Notes: generated from the letters alone by a model not told the origin. A stretch of DNA of 64,000 bases from Octopus vulgaris (GCA_951406725.2 OX597831.1:82150001-82214000), one strand, 5' to 3'; counted from the first letter of the stretch, positions 41,440 to 55,839 are shown. Translations and numbers: made by a program.

Positions 41440-43786
41440 GCTTGTCCTATGGTTAATCTGGAAGCGCGTCCCCCAGGGAAGAGCCAGCCTGGGATCGAAA
41501 AGTCATCAACTGGCACAAACTCTTCTCCGAATACGGACATGGATGGTCACTTGAACGGGAAATCCCCCAACTCGAGCCCTCCAAGTTCACCACCACAACC
41601 ACCACAGAAAGAAAAATGTAAGCGGAACAAATGGACCCGAGAAGAGTATAAAGAAGTAATATACGCTTATTACTATGCATTAGGTAGGCCATCTCAAGAG
41701 AGACACACCGCAAACTCTTACAGTATATGGAGAACACGGAATCAAGACAGTAGGCCCTATTTGGACGAGAACAAATTAGCAAATGTGAGGAGGGATATCC
41801 TTAGAAATAACAGACTCACAGACAGTGAAATAAGCGAGATCAAGCACGCAACGGAAAATGACATAAATATAAGACACAAAGGAAATGAAGAATCAGATGA
41901 ACAGTATATCCCGCCACGAGGCTTAATTGAAAGACTGCCATCTGACCAAAGTACGCAAAGGCCTGAAGATACAAGAAATTCTATTGTACCTGTTAAAGAT
42001 AGCCCGGAAAACGAAGAAACAACAGTAACTGAAGATCTTGCATTTGCTGAAGAACACAGAGAGTCTATGGCAGAAATGAGGCAGAAAAGTTGTAAGACAT
42101 ACAAGTATTAGAATAAGAAACATTACGCCTTCTGCTTCTGCTAGGGCAATTGAAACCAGCTGTATGCCCCCGAAAAAACAAAGAAAACAAAACCTGGGAA
42201 GAAGTCAAACCTGGAGAAGTAAAATTGAAAAAGAGATTGAATTTATGAGAGGGGAAATATCAATATTAAATGAACTAATATGTGGAAATGATGTAAGATC
42301 CAGAACAGGAAGAAAGATGAAGAGAAAATTTGGATCCTCACCAAGAGAAGAACTGATATCAATAAAAGAAACGCTGAAACAAAAAGTCCAAGCAAAAGCC
42401 CAAAGAATACGAAGATTTGAGAAGAGAAACAAGTTTTACAAGCAAAATAAGCTGTTCACATCCAATGCCAAAAAATTCTACAGAGAAATAGGGAAGGAGA
42501 AAGTAACCGTTAAAGACCCCTCTCCCATGGAAGAAGTTCAAAACTTTTGAAAAAGGATTTGGAGTGACAAGAAGACGTACAACATAAATGCAGACTGGAT
42601 TATACAAACTGAAGGATCCTACCAAAATTTACAACAACAAGCATGGGAAGACATCACAATAGCAGACCTAAGAAAGGCACTCGCGAAGGCCCATAATTGG
42701 AAATCCTCCGGTAAAGATAGGGTGCCGAATTTCTGGCTCGCATCGCTCCCATGCGCACACGGTAAGCTAGTTCAGCTGCTCAATGGAATTATGAGAGACC
42801 CAAAGAAAACACCTGAATGGTTAGCAAGTGGCATTACTTACCTACTCCCAAAGAATAACGAAACCAACCTTCCAAAAAACTATCGGCCTATAACCTGTCT
42901 ATCCACCACGTATAAAATCCTAACATCTATCCTGACGGAGAAAACATATCCATTCATGGAGAAGAACGATATTTTCCCCATTGAACTAAAAGGGTGCCGC
43001 CGAGGCTCTTACGGATGCAAAGATCAACTGCTAATCAATCGTATGATCCTTGAGAACTGTAACAACAAGCGCAGAAATCTCAGCACCGCATGGATTGACT
43101 ATAAAAAGGCCTTCGACAGTATACCGCATCCATGGATCTTGAGATCGCTGGACATCTTCAAAATTTCCCCTGTGATTTCAAACTTCCTGAAGCACAATAT
43201 GTCGTTGTGGAATACGAATCTCCAATTATACCACTCTAATGGAGTACTTGCCTCAGAAAATATAAACATCAACTGTGGAATTTTTCAAGGTGACTCACTT
43301 TCACCTTTAATATTCTGCATAGCCCTAATACCTCTTACAAGTGAATTAAACAGAACAGGGTATGGGTATGAAATTGCCAATAAAAATATAAGCCATCTAT
43401 TTTATATGGATGACTTAAAACTTTATGGTAAAGACAATAATGAACTTGAAGGCCTATTGCGCACCGTGAAAGCATTCAGCGATGACATCGAGATGGAGTT
43501 TGGACTTGAGAAGTGTGCCAAGGCCACTTTCCAGAAAGGGAAAGTGAAGACCACAAATTCAGTCGTGTTAGATGTTGACACAGTCATAAGAGAGCTTGAG
43601 CAAGAACAAACATACAAATATTTAGGGATAAATGAAGGCTCTGGTATTCAGCATGCAAGCATGAAAGAGAAGATCAGGAAGGAATGTTATAGGAGAGTTC
43701 GTGCAGTCCTGAAATCTGAACTAAATGCACGTAACAAGGTGTTAGCTATAAATTCCTTAGCAGTTCCAGTTGTTACTTATAGCTAC
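41440..43786 (+). mobile_element. R4/Dong-like element, 5' part plus RT, 3'-truncated
   Basis: KRNKWTREEYKEVIYAYY N-terminus, KNYRPITCL, WIDYKKAFDS, GIFQGDSLSPL, FYMDDLKL, YKYLG; frameshift near 42110, stop at 42548; (AAT)n ~150 bp upstream. Confidence 0.93.
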
Positions 43787-43789
43787 AAT

Positions 43790-43985
43790 AATAATCCTTT
43801 CTACTATAGGCAGAAGGCCTGAAATTTGGGTAAGTGGGATAGTCGCTTTCATCGACCCCAGTGCGCAACTGGTACTCATTTCATCGACCCTGAAAGAATG
43901 AAAGGCAAAGTCGACCTCAGCGAAATTTGAATTCAGAACGTAGTGACGGGCGAAACACCGCTAAGCATTTCGCCCGGCGTCCTAT
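43790..43985 (-). mobile_element. SINE family A abutting the truncated R4/Dong element
   Basis: catcgaccctgaaagaatgaaaggcaaagtcgacctcagcgaaatttgaattcagaacgt. Confidence 0.85.
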
Positions 43986-44893
43986 CGATAGTTCTAAGTC
44001 ATCTCCCTTTTCCTTAGAGTCACTAACAGCTGCCTCTAAACTTTTAATCCACTGATCACCTAAATTCAGTTTACTGAGAATCTTCTTACCTTACTCATCA
44101 ACGTACTTTACAGTAACTTCCTTTAGCAGCAGTTATTAAAATTGTCCTGGCCCCAATTATTCGTGCCACGTATTCTTACTTCTTAAAACCCTCTGTCTGC
44201 AGGTGGAACTAACTTGAAAATATTATTTTCCTCCGAAAATCGAAACATGTCACTCTACCTGTGCTAAAGATTACATTTTAACTCTAAACATCGAAGTTCA
44301 ATTTTCTGTGAAATCTGTTCAGACATAATCTCACCTTTTATTTGAAGGTCGTAAACAAATGCTACAAAGACTTTTGTTCTCTTTCTCCAAGTAAGAAGTA
44401 AATATCAATACATCGAGAACATTTCACGCACGTCATTCATTGCACCAGCTTCTGAATTGTAATAATAATATTTTGGTCCCAGAGTTAAACTGATTTTAAC
44501 ATAATTCGAACATTCGATGAGGTGAGTTGATTGTGAAATCTATTGGTTAGCCGCGCAATGAGTAGACGATAATCAACTCGGTTTGAGAAAGCAGGATAAG
44601 TCAATCACGCCAGATGATTTAAGCCTGCATCACTGCCACCTTAATTAAGGGAGATAATCACTCTAACCAGATAGAAATTCATGCTTCAGATTCTTTCAAC
44701 TTACCATTTCACCGAATCTCAGTGATCTGTTGCCGAGTTGTTGTGACATTTTAATCTTTTCACGTAGGAGGTCTGTGTATGTAGGGGTGGACGGGTATCG
44801 TGTTATTGCCACATTTTCCGTCATAACAGTTTGCTACTTTTACAATTTACCGCTTACTTATTTCATACCATCTGTACATTATTCCTATGTGTC

Positions 44894-44929
<36 letters not shown>

Positions 44930-44938
<9 letters not shown>

Positions 44939-45099
44939 TGTTACATTACTCAATAGTCAAGATAAAACTCTGAGTTTCAGATGCCGAAGTGGAAATCCAC
45001 AACACCATCTCTTCGAAAAGATGGTGTTGTGGATTTCCACTTCGGCATTTGAAACTCAGAGTTTTATCTTGACTATTGAGTAATGTAACATATTATTTT
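44930..45099. repeat. 170-bp spacerless palindrome derived from a PLE-type pseudo-LTR
   Basis: Arms symmetric about ttc|gaa (45014/45015), 2 mismatched pairs; arms carry the 3' half of a hammerhead (GAUG...CAUC-U-GAAACUCAGAGUU); element continues to (TA)n at ~45172. Confidence 0.92.
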
Positions 45100-45168
45100 A
45101 TAGATAAATGTCCTCTATTTACATAATATTGAGGTCTCTTTCTTTCTTTTGTTATCTTACCGTTTTTA

Positions 45169-45234
<66 letters not shown>

Positions 45235-46014
45235 AAAGGCTATTCAAATTCATAGTTCGACGTGTATGTCTACTGAACAAGTTGCCGCTATTTTCCAATT
45301 GAAATTCCTTTGAAATCGGTAGCGTTGTTATCACAGGAGTCAGACTTTATCGTAATTCTGGTAATTAGGCTGACCTAGTCGTTTCGTTAGTATTCTGGCA
45401 ATTGGGACAATCTCATAGATTTAGACATTATTCCGATCTTTGACACCACCTGGTGGTTGTTGTGTCTGGTTCTCCTGTAGACTATTTCTAAATCATTTCC
45501 GTATTTCATTAGATAGATTATGGTATGGATAAGACAAAGGAACTGGAACGCTTCGGCATCTTACACAACTGTTTTTCTTGTTTTCTTGGAACTGTTTCAC
45601 TCACCTCGTTGCATTTATAACGGAATCCTTATCGTAATAGTCATTACTTCTGCTAATAATATTTTCTGATTTAGCACAAGGTGAGCAGCTTTGAGGGGAG
45701 GGGCTTAGACGATGTCGCTGAACTTGTACTTGACTGCTATTTTATCCTATAGACCCTGCAAGGTGAAAGACAAATTTGACCTTGGCGGAATGTGAACTCA
45801 GAACGTAAGGAACCGGAAAAAAATATCACAAACCGATGTTTCAGACGCTCTAATTATTTTTACTGTATACTTACAAATTCCAATAATAGTAGGAGACTTC
45901 TGGAGGCTAGGTCCATTCTGATGTGTTTTGATGAACCGTGGAGAATTATGCCGACCGCGATAGGATTTGAATTCAGAACCCTGAATAAAGCAATATATAT
46001 ACATTGCAATAAAG

Positions 46015-46052
<38 letters not shown>

Positions 46053-46073
46053 TGCAATAACTTTCTTGACAAC

Positions 46074-46109
<36 letters not shown>

Positions 46110-46115
<6 letters not shown>

Positions 46116-47288
46116 TGTCAAGAAAGTTCTTGCAGAATTTTTGATTTGGGTTTTAAATGATGTATTTTCAAATTAATTTACGTTAAATTACTTTGACTTT
46201 ATATATCATTTTAAAGCCCGTTTTAATCGTGTTAATCTTTTTCTTTTTGAATAATTAGGCCATTTTTCCGGAACGTTGAATACAACATAGACAAAAATCA
46301 AATTCGCACAATTTTCTTATTCCAGTTCAAGCTAGGCCGAAAAGCTGCTGAAACAGCTCGCGATATCAACGATGCGTTTGATCCAAGGAACCACTAATGA
46401 ATGTACAGCACAATGGTGGTTCAAGAAATTTCGTAGTGGTGACGAAGGTCTTGAAGATGATAAGCGTAGTGGTCGGCCATCGGATGTTGGCAGCGATCAA
46501 CTAAGAGCCTTAGTCGAAGCCAATCCACGTATACAATAATTTCCAACCACTTGAAAGAGATTGGAAAAACAAAAATACTAGAGAAATGGGTGCCGCGCGA
46601 ATTGAACGACAACCAAAGAAGACGCTGTTTTGAAGTATCGTCTTCCTTTCTTTTACGCAACAAGAACTTGCGATTGAAAAGTGGATTCTTTACGACAACT
46701 GGCGACGATCAGCTCAGTGGTTGGACGCCGACGAAGCTCCACGGCACTTCCCGAAGCCAATGTTGCACCAAAAGAAGGTCATGGTGACTGTTTGGTGATC
46801 TACTGCCGGTCTCATCCATCACAGCTTTTTGGATCCAGGCGAAACCATTACGGCGGAGAAGTACTCTCAGCAAATGGATGAAATGCATAAGAAACTCCGA
46901 CAACAACAGTCAGCATTGGTCAATAGAAAAGGACCAATTGTTCTCCATGACAACGCTCAGCCGCACGTCACACAACTGACCCTGCTTAAGTTGAACGAAT
47001 TGGGCTAAGAAACTACCTCATCCGGTATACTCACCAGACCTCTCGCCTACACTTTTTAAAGCATCTTGACAACTTCCTGCGTGAGAAATGCTTCAAAAAC
47101 CAAGACGATGCCAAACACGCCTTCAACGACTTCATCGCCACCAGAACACAGACTTTTTTCGCTACTGGCATAAATAAACTTGTTTCGCGTTGGCAAAAGT
47201 GTGTTGATTCTGATGGTGTTTGTTTCGATTAATAACGTACATCTGGATTTAAAGGCGAAAAACCGCAAGAACTTTCTTGACAACCTAA
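46110..47288 (+). mobile_element. Mariner (cecropia/Hsmar1-like) transposon, full-length but decayed
   Basis: TIRs aggttgtcaagaaagttcttgc / gcaagaactttcttgacaacctaa in TA context; transposase remnants QWWFKKFRSGD, KWVPREL, EKWILYDN, KKVMVTVW, LHDNAQPH; stops and deletions. Confidence 0.95.
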
Positions 47289-49802
47289 TATATAATACAG
47301 TCAACTACATCATCTATTTTAAGATGTTGAGTCTGATGGCTTATCTAGTGCTGCCATCTACCGACCATGGCATAATTTAATATGAATTTCTTACAATGTC
47401 ACAATAAGAAGGTTAATCAATTCTATCGACCTCAATACATGACTGGTACTAATTTTATTTCGTCGATTCCAGAAGGATGGAAGGTTATGCTGACATCAAC
47501 CATATTTGAACATTGAATGTTAAATAGCCTAAATACCACAAAGCAAGCTGAGCCGACGCTCTACCGATTCAGTCCAGTTCAGCGATCTAACTGATTAATG
47601 TCACAATATTTTAGTATTAATTTTTATAGTTCACTTATTTTTCAAATGTGATAGACAATCAATATGCCTTAGATGATCAGTGGTATCCATCAATGGGTGG
47701 TGAGCCCTATCAAACATTTTCCAGAAAGACTTAGCATTTCCGGCAACTGAGAGACCTAAAGCAAAGACAGATGCTGGCCGTAGATTGTAACTAAAGCTCG
47801 AACTCATCATCCTGACTATGTAGCCAATCCTTCAATTTACATCTGCAAGGGGTAGGAAAAATGTAGGGCTTCGTTTAAATTCTGCTACAGATTACTGGAG
47901 ACTTCGAACGGTTTATCATTTGAAATATTTGTTGTACCATACAATTCCTTCTGAAATGCCGATTGTGTGTATTAAATAACGTTTCTACGACTAAAACTGT
48001 TCTTTTTTCTCTGTTCCTTGGGGTGTAACAGAAATTCGTTTTCGTGAAACACCTGCCTATTATCGAGGATCCGTATTCTTCTCAGGAGAAATGTTTTTTC
48101 TTTCTGTTTTCAGGTTGGTAAAACAGCGAAACGATAAACAAGTGATTTTCTCGTGTAGGTTTGTCTGGCCGTAAATTTCATTGAGCTTCGGTAGATATTA
48201 AGATATTTTGACTTAGTAACCGACGTTTGTATAGTTGCATTATTGTCCTATCTTTCTTATCGTGAAACCCACTAAAATGTTTCTGTAAGGAAGCAGAATA
48301 AGAAAATAATGTCGCTTTGATCTATCTGTTGTTAATTTACCGTGATGAATTCGATGCTTGAAATCGGATACGTGTCACCAAGCAGACTTTTAATGACATG
48401 AACAAAACGAGAGCGAGGCTCTTTTATTCAATGGAACTCTTATGTCTAAATGGATGAAAAGCTTCTCAACATCAACAAACAAGGGAGATAAGTTCAATAT
48501 ATCAGTTTTTATGTTGAATCCTTAATTTAAATAATTCTGGAGCTTTTGGAACTTTTCAAATCTTTCCCGTGCAATGTCACTTCATAGTCCGGCGTTCTCT
48601 ATTTGATCTGAGTGAAAGTTAAACGGTGCGGAAGAGAATTTACAACTATTCACCATGAATGAAGCGCAAGTTAATCCAATGACACAGTCTTCGGTGGTGT
48701 GATGAGCTAGCTAATATTTTGTTTCTTAGTCAAACAGTTTTACGCGAGTCAGTCATTTATATTGACCTCAGTATTTGACAGTTACTTAATCCGCTAGAAG
48801 GAGCTGCAACATGGTCACGTGGCGAGCTAGAAGTAACACTTAAATTGCCGTTACATCATATCTTGCAGTCTTAAAAAATACCTATAATAATCCTAAAACT
48901 GGATGGTCGTGGTCAGAACGTCTTTGATCATGGTCTGGATTTAGACAACGACCACCCTTGAGAAATGACTGATCGTCGACACTGGTTTGTTTTGAACTTT
49001 GAACGTAAAGGTTCATAATTAAATATCAGCAGCCAACTTTGTTGGTCGCGCTAACGATCTTTCTCTCCGCTGCTCTAAACTCTCCATTCAGGCCATTGTC
49101 CTGCGGACGCTGAATGGACATGAACTGAAGCAAAAGAAAATGATGTGTTTCGTCCAAAGACACAATGCCCGGTACGAGAATCGAACCATCAACCTTATAT
49201 TCGTGATTACAACATCACCTCAACCACCAGACCATGCACTTTTACTAACCTTAGTCGATGAAGCCTCGTTTTAAAACCCCGATGTCGTTGTTTAAACTCA
49301 AGCTAACTCTGGTCAATCGAAACCAGGATCAAAGGCATTCCAGCCGTGATCATCCAGTCATATTCTGGTCATTTTGACTTACTAACAATTCAATTCGTTC
49401 TTTCGTTGTTTTTTTTAAAGAAAGTAGGGTGTAACATGAGTGATATCTGGCTGTTATTTCTAACAAGTTTTACCATCACTTAGCAGCTCCCTCGATGGAT
49501 CAATCTTGTGTTTTAGTAACAAGAGAGAAAACAGCCCCATAACGTGTAATGCCCGCCTCTCTCAATCAACAACCCCTTGATAAAATGAATGAGAAACTTG
49601 CATTTCTAATGTAATCAGTGAACTGTATCAAGCTTGGCTTGCTCATTTCTGAGTTCGATCTCCATCATTGATTATTACTTCCGGAAATGTTAGCACCTCC
49701 AGGGACAGGTATGAATATCTCACAGAGTTAACTCACCCATTTTAATTATACCTTGTCAAAAATGATTACTACTATAACGAAATATATTTACACAAGTATC
49801 TC

Positions 49803-49882
<80 letters not shown>

Positions 49883-50195
49883 TTGTTGCGTTGCTGACAT
49901 TATCCTGTCTAACAACCGAGCTTCACAACGATCCTTACTGACCACACTGACGCTATTTGACCAGCGACGATACTCGTGAAACACAGAGTAATGACAACAT
50001 TACAATCAATAGTTCGGCTCTCATTTCGTATTGAGCATTTTTCACAGTTGTTGGTAAATCAAAAGCCTCACACACAGACAAGCACAAAGCCCCACACACC
50101 AACATACAATCGCATAAACACCAAAGTACACGAACGAACCACAAGTTAATACACACCCATACACGTTCACTAACTTGCATTACCCAGCCACTCCT

Positions 50196-50233
<38 letters not shown>

Positions 50234-50320
50234 ATATATGCGCACTTAACTTTACACAGATGGACACACACACATATATAATTTACATCTATACTTATAC
50301 ATTCATGCATGTATACGTAC

Positions 50321-50455
50321 ACACACGTACACGCAAACACAGATATAGCACACACGCACACGCAAACACACACATATAGCACACACGCACACGCAAACAC
50401 ACACATATAGCACACACGCACACGCAAACACACACATATAGCACACACGCACACG
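50321..50455. repeat. ~31-bp minisatellite (about 4 copies) built from CA-rich microsatellite
   Basis: acacacgcacacgcaaacacacacatatagc repeated. Confidence 0.85.
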
Positions 50456-50820
50456 CTCCTGCCCTCACAAATCTATGTTCTCTCACCATTTCACTATTCT
50501 CTCACAACTAAATCTATTAAAATTCGATCGATGAATAATCGATATTAAAGCTGATTATTTAACTCTCTATTAATCTTCTTTCAATTCTCACCTTTTTATT
50601 TAATATCTGATTAGAGGAGGTCAAGGTTTAGAATTATACATTTGAATAAACTGACGTCAACCCAATACGATTTCGAAATTATTATACCGTGAGTGTAAAA
50701 TTCCAGAATTCCCTTACACCAGGTCATCATTTACATGATTAAATTGGAAAATATCAATACCATGTATATATATATATATATACAAACATACACACATATA
50801 TATTAAAGATCAGAAAAAAG

Positions 50821-50858
<38 letters not shown>

Positions 50859-50972
50859 TATGTGTATGTATAAATATATATATATATATATATACACATA
50901 TATATATATATATATATATTAGTTATAACACAGCCCTTAAGACATTTGTAACAAATATAAATATGGTATATA

Positions 50973-51040
<68 letters not shown>

Positions 51041-52460
51041 TATATCAAAGAGTAAAAAATCAACAAAATAAATAAACAACTCAAAAAATGAAAAATTCCA
51101 ACACAATAAATAGATTCACTCGACGAAAGAAAGAGCGTCTTTCTTCTATTGTTGTAAAAGGTCTTAAAACTTTCTGTCTCTCAATCATCAAAACGAACAG
51201 TGTTGTTAAATATGTCCGCCGTGATCTGCGCATGTCTCTGGCAGCCATGTTTCTTTTATTTTATTCCGGTTTTTCCTTGTCTGTTTTCTTATTTTCATTC
51301 CTTTCCCACGTCACAAATAAATAATAAATCACAAGAAAACTATTTTCGTATGTATCCACGATGTAACTTAACCAACAGTGAAGGCTATAGTAGTGGTAGC
51401 GGATGTTAAATTGGTTGATGTTGTAGTCGTATATAATAATATTTGTTGTTATTGTTGTTTATTGTGGTTGGCGTGACTGAAGTACAGTGGAAATGCTGCA
51501 GATCAAGTTTTCATAAGTGTTACCAAGATTATTTCTATTGCTGTTGTTGTTGTTGTTGTTATTAATATTATTATTATAGTTGTTGGTACAATTTGATCCT
51601 TGAGAAAACATCCGATAGTGAAGGCACTTATTGGTTGGTATTATATAGAAATGATTAGATATTCGTGTTCTTGCTATTGTTCCAGCCACTATATACGAAG
51701 AAGACAAATGTGATAGTCTTGAAATACCTCCATTTAAACAAAAGTGTACATGTCAGATCTTCTTGATTTCACTTTCTTCGGCAAATGCTGTTATTTCACC
51801 ATTTCATAACGAAAATCCAACTCATTCGATCTTCCATTAAACACTGGCTTGTATTTCATAGAACAAAAGACTTAACTGGGAAACATTGGTAGCTTTTGGT
51901 ACAGTATTAAAATCCCACCTCTTCCTCACTATATATATATATGTATATATACACAATGATGTTACAGAGGAGGAAGAGGAAAAAATGAACAACTGGATAT
52001 TCATGGTTGTTGTTAAGCTTTTCATCCCAGGTGGCATATCACTAGCTTTCCCTTATTATTTTGCTATGTTATATCGTGGGAGGTGCTTCGATATAAAGTT
52101 GACGTCTTGAATCTTCAAACCTCATCACGTTATTTCTCCCACGACTCAATCAAAAACACCAAAACAATTTTTGTCTTCTTCGACTGTAAACATTCTGGGA
52201 CTTCAGGGAATCCCAGTACGATAGACAGATGGCATTGTAGATACTATCGTATATGTTAGTGGTAGTAGTGGTGGTAGTAGTAGTAGTGGCAGCAGCGGTG
52301 GTGGTAATTGTATAGAAAGTGGTAGCGGCGGCGGTGGTAGTGGTGGTGGTGGTGGATACTGTGACTTTATTTTGCTTGATCTTGTTGTTGATTTTTAAAT
52401 GTTATTTTTTTTTTTTTTTTTTTTTTAATGTTTTGGGTTTAGAGACAAAACATTTTAAAG

Positions 52461-52510
52461 TTATTTCTCACCATCAGGGAAAGGACCAGACATAACTCTC
52501 TTAATGAATT
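52461..52510 (-). CDS. Myosin ELC paralog B, last coding exon
   Basis: ctctttccag|AA acceptor; (E)FIKRVMSGPFPDGEK* with the molluscan C-terminal GP(F/Y)PD motif; AATAAA on - at 52366-52371. Confidence 0.95.
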
Positions 52511-52659
52511 CTGGAAAGAGAAAAATTAATATTATTATTGTTGTTGTTGTTGTTGTTGTTAGTAGTAGTAGTATAATGATTTCTCGTATGGGTTTGAGAT
52601 TACAAAGACTTTTTTGTGGGGTAGGGATGGAGGTATTCGTAATTGGTATTATTTTCTTA

Positions 52660-53025
52660 TGCAAGGCTGAACGGCAAAGTCAACCTCTCGTTTGGGACAT
52701 GAACTCTGAGTATAACAAACATAACTAAACACCACAAGGTATTTTGTTTTGACGCTCTACCGAGTCTGCTACTCATCAAATAATAGTAATAATAATTATT
52801 ATTATTTCAAATTTTTGCCACAAGAGCAGCTTGGGGGAGGTGGGGACGAGTCGATTACGTTCACCCCAGTATTTAACTGGTACTAATTTTATCGAATCCG
52901 GAAGGTTGAAAGGCAAAGTCGACCTCGGCGGAATTTGAACTCAGAGCGTAGCGATGGGCAAAATGCCACTAAGCATTTCGTCCAGCCTGCTAACGATTCT
53001 AACCCCCAGCTCACCGCCTTCATAC

Positions 53026-53071
<46 letters not shown>

Positions 53072-53215
53072 GTTTTAAATTTAAATTTTGGCGCAAGGCC
53101 AGCAATTTTGGGGGAGGGTCTAAATCGATTAAATCGACCCCAGTACTCAACTGGTATTTATTTTATCAACCCCGAAAGGATGCAAAGCAACAATCGACCT
53201 TTGTGGAATTTGAAT
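52660..53215 (-). mobile_element. Three tandem SINE family A fragments in the last intron of ELC-B
   Basis: Family A cores at ~52660-52780, ~52805-53020 and ~53080-53215, separated by (AAT)n. Confidence 0.8.
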
Positions 53216-53268
53216 ATAATAATTAATAAGAGAATAAGATTAATTTCCAAAATGATGTATTGCAAGAC

Positions 53269-53306
<38 letters not shown>

Positions 53307-53561
53307 ATTTACGTAGAGAGCGCGAGAGAGAGTCAGTAAGGTTGAGAAAAAAGGGAGATGGATACAAATGGAAAAAAAAAGGGAAAACATAGGTAGAAAG
53401 TGGGAGAGAAAGAGAGCAAAAGAGAGATAAGGAAGAGAGAGAGAGAGGGAGAGAGGTAGTGAAAGCTGTATAAAGAAGGGCAAAGAGAATGTGTGTGTGC
53501 GTGTGAGGGGGGGGGTAATAGAATGAATGATGTCGGTTTGTATTGAAATGAAAGAAGTTAC

Positions 53562-53648
53562 CTTCATATTTGATGTTGCCATCGATGTCTTCTCTGATAT
53601 CGCAGAACTGAATGATTTCAGTCATTTGTGCGTCAGTGATTTTCTCTC
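53562..53648 (-). CDS. Myosin ELC paralog B, penultimate exon
   Basis: ctctacag|GA acceptor, G|gtaact donor; 87 nt; GEKITDAQMTEIIQFCDIREDIDGNIKYE. Confidence 0.97.
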
Positions 53649-53851
53649 CTGTAGAGACGAAAGCAACCAAGAAAAGAGGCCAGAGTTAGTTTCAAGCAGC
53701 GGGGAAGAAAAAAAAATGTCAACAGAATAACAATAATAATAATAATTACACATACACATACATACATAGACATACATATGTACATACACGCGCACACACA
53801 CATATTCTACATACTCTCTCCTTCCCTCCCATACACACGCACCAACGTATA

Positions 53852-53890
<39 letters not shown>

Positions 53891-54088
53891 GTACACACAG
53901 ATCCTTCCTTTCGTACACATACATTTACGTGCAGATGCACACGCATACATAGACATACATACGCACGCGGACATACAATGAACACATTACATATACGTTC
54001 ACTTAGATACACACACACATACACACACACACACATGCACACACACATACATATGCACACACATGCAGATCAACACAGATTTACTTAC

Positions 54089-54256
54089 CCAAGGATTTAA
54101 GTACGTTTCTCATTTCTGCCGATGAGATGAAACCTTGACCCTCTCTGTCAAAGGTTTTGAATGCTTCCATAAAGTCAGCGTTTGTACCCTTATCTTTTTC
54201 CAAGCTCATTTCTTCATAGATTGGCAAGATTTCTTCCAGTTTGTAAGATTTCTCAC
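54089..54256 (-). CDS. Myosin ELC paralog B, EF-hand II-III exon
   Basis: acag|GT acceptor, G|gtaagt donor; 168 nt; GEKSYKLEEILPIYEEMSLEKDKGTNADFMEAFKTFDREGQGFISSAEMRNVLKSL. Confidence 0.97.
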
Positions 54257-54559
54257 CTGTCAGGTAAACCAAAAATAATGCAATTAACATTTCGTATTAT
54301 TGTGTTAAAGAACATTAAAGAATTTTTTTTAGAGCTGAGCAATATAACAATTGAAATAACGAGTCTGTGTGGGGTTTAATGAACTTGCTAGAAATAGCAG
54401 TCTGATACGATTGGAAAGTACAGCCTATCGTATTCAGAAGATTAAAGTACTGCCAGCCGTCACTCACTGACGAGTTTGACTTGCTAACGTGTATCATGCT
54501 CTTGTTATTTGTGTTAGGATGTTTATGTAGTCGGCATTGACACTTCTTGGCTGTCCATA

Positions 54560-54624
<65 letters not shown>

Positions 54625-55015
54625 GTGACAGCACACCTTTCGTGCAAGTCTGATAAAGTGCCTCTCCAATGTCTAAAACCATCAACATTATGGAAATTTT
54701 CACTTCGAACTTTTGCGTAAACAGGTGTTGCAAGCAGAGTTGGTACAGAAACAATTGTAAGAATTCATTAAAAATGTGTTAAAGAATTTTCTGTCTTATC
54801 ATTTGGATTGCACACACACACACACAATATATATATATATATACACACGCACATACATATACACATGAATGCACACACATGCACACGCACAATATATATA
54901 TATAAATATATATGCATGTATGTATGTATGTATGTATGTATGTATACACATACATAGAATACATGCATGTCCACGCATGCGCATACAGCTAGATAGAGAG
55001 AGAGGTTATACTGAC

Positions 55016-55162
55016 CCATCTTCTTGGTACCGCCATGCTTGTGAATCTGTGCTTCTGTTGGGTTCATTCCCAGACACCGGAGCAGATCCCCCACTTTGTA
55101 AGCATCGACATCTCCATCACGACCATCCCAGAAATCAAATAAGTCGAACACCTCTCTTACTT
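55016..55162 (-). CDS. Myosin essential (catalytic) light chain paralog B, squid mantle LC-1-like, EF-hand I exon
   Basis: ctttacag|AA acceptor, G|gtcagt donor; 147 nt; (E)VREVFDLFDFWDGRDGDVDAYKVGDLLRCLGMNPTEAQIHKHGGTKKM, closely matching squid LC-1 as I recall it. Confidence 0.97.
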
Positions 55163-55300
55163 CTGTAAAGACAAACATTAAAAAATTGGGTGAGTGAAAA
55201 GAATCGCAACAAACAACGGAATTCTGACAATAATACACTTATGAAAGGAAACATTATACTCACCTAAACACACACACACACACACGCACACACACACACA

Positions 55301-55633
55301 CTACGGCTCTCCGTCAGTTACGACGACGAGGGTTCCAGTTGATCCATTATCGGAACAGCCTGCTCGTGAAATTAACGTGCAAGTGGCTGAGCATTCCACC
55401 CGTGTACCCATAACGTAGTTCTTCGAAATACAGGTACAAAAGAAACAGGAAGAAGGAGTGACAGAACGTTGTGGTGAAAGAGTACAGCACGGTTCGCCAC
55501 CAGCCCTTGCTGGAGCCTCCTGGAGCTTTAGGTGTTTTCGCTTAATAAACACTCACAACGCCCGGTCTGGAAATCGAAACCGAGGTCCTACGACCGCGAG
55601 TCCGCTGCCCTAACCATTGGGCCATTGCGCCTC
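55301..55633 (-). mobile_element. SINE family C (composite) upstream of the ELC-B EF-I exon
   Basis: Reverse complement ggcgcaatggcccaatggttagggcagcggactcgcggtcgtaggacctcggtttcgatttccagacc; related 3' fragment on + at 55677-55795. Confidence 0.8.
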
Positions 55634-55796
55634 CACAACGAATAATTTATATATACATCATATATATATATATATATTGGCCTGCTCGCTTAGCCAGCGG
55701 GGTGGCGTCATTCGAAGGCTAAAACAATGCGAACGCATTGTGACCAGCGATGTGTAACTACATCTGATGGACTGGTCGGTCACGTGATCACGTGAA

Positions 55797-55839
<43 letters not shown>

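Noticed and set aside
50321-50455. Regular ~31-bp repeats superficially like a CRISPR array
   Set aside because: No unique spacers, eukaryotic context, low-complexity CA-derived unit
51753-51800. Possible alternative last exon of ELC-B (AFAEESEIKKI*)
   Set aside because: No polypyrimidine tract before the AG; no ELC similarity
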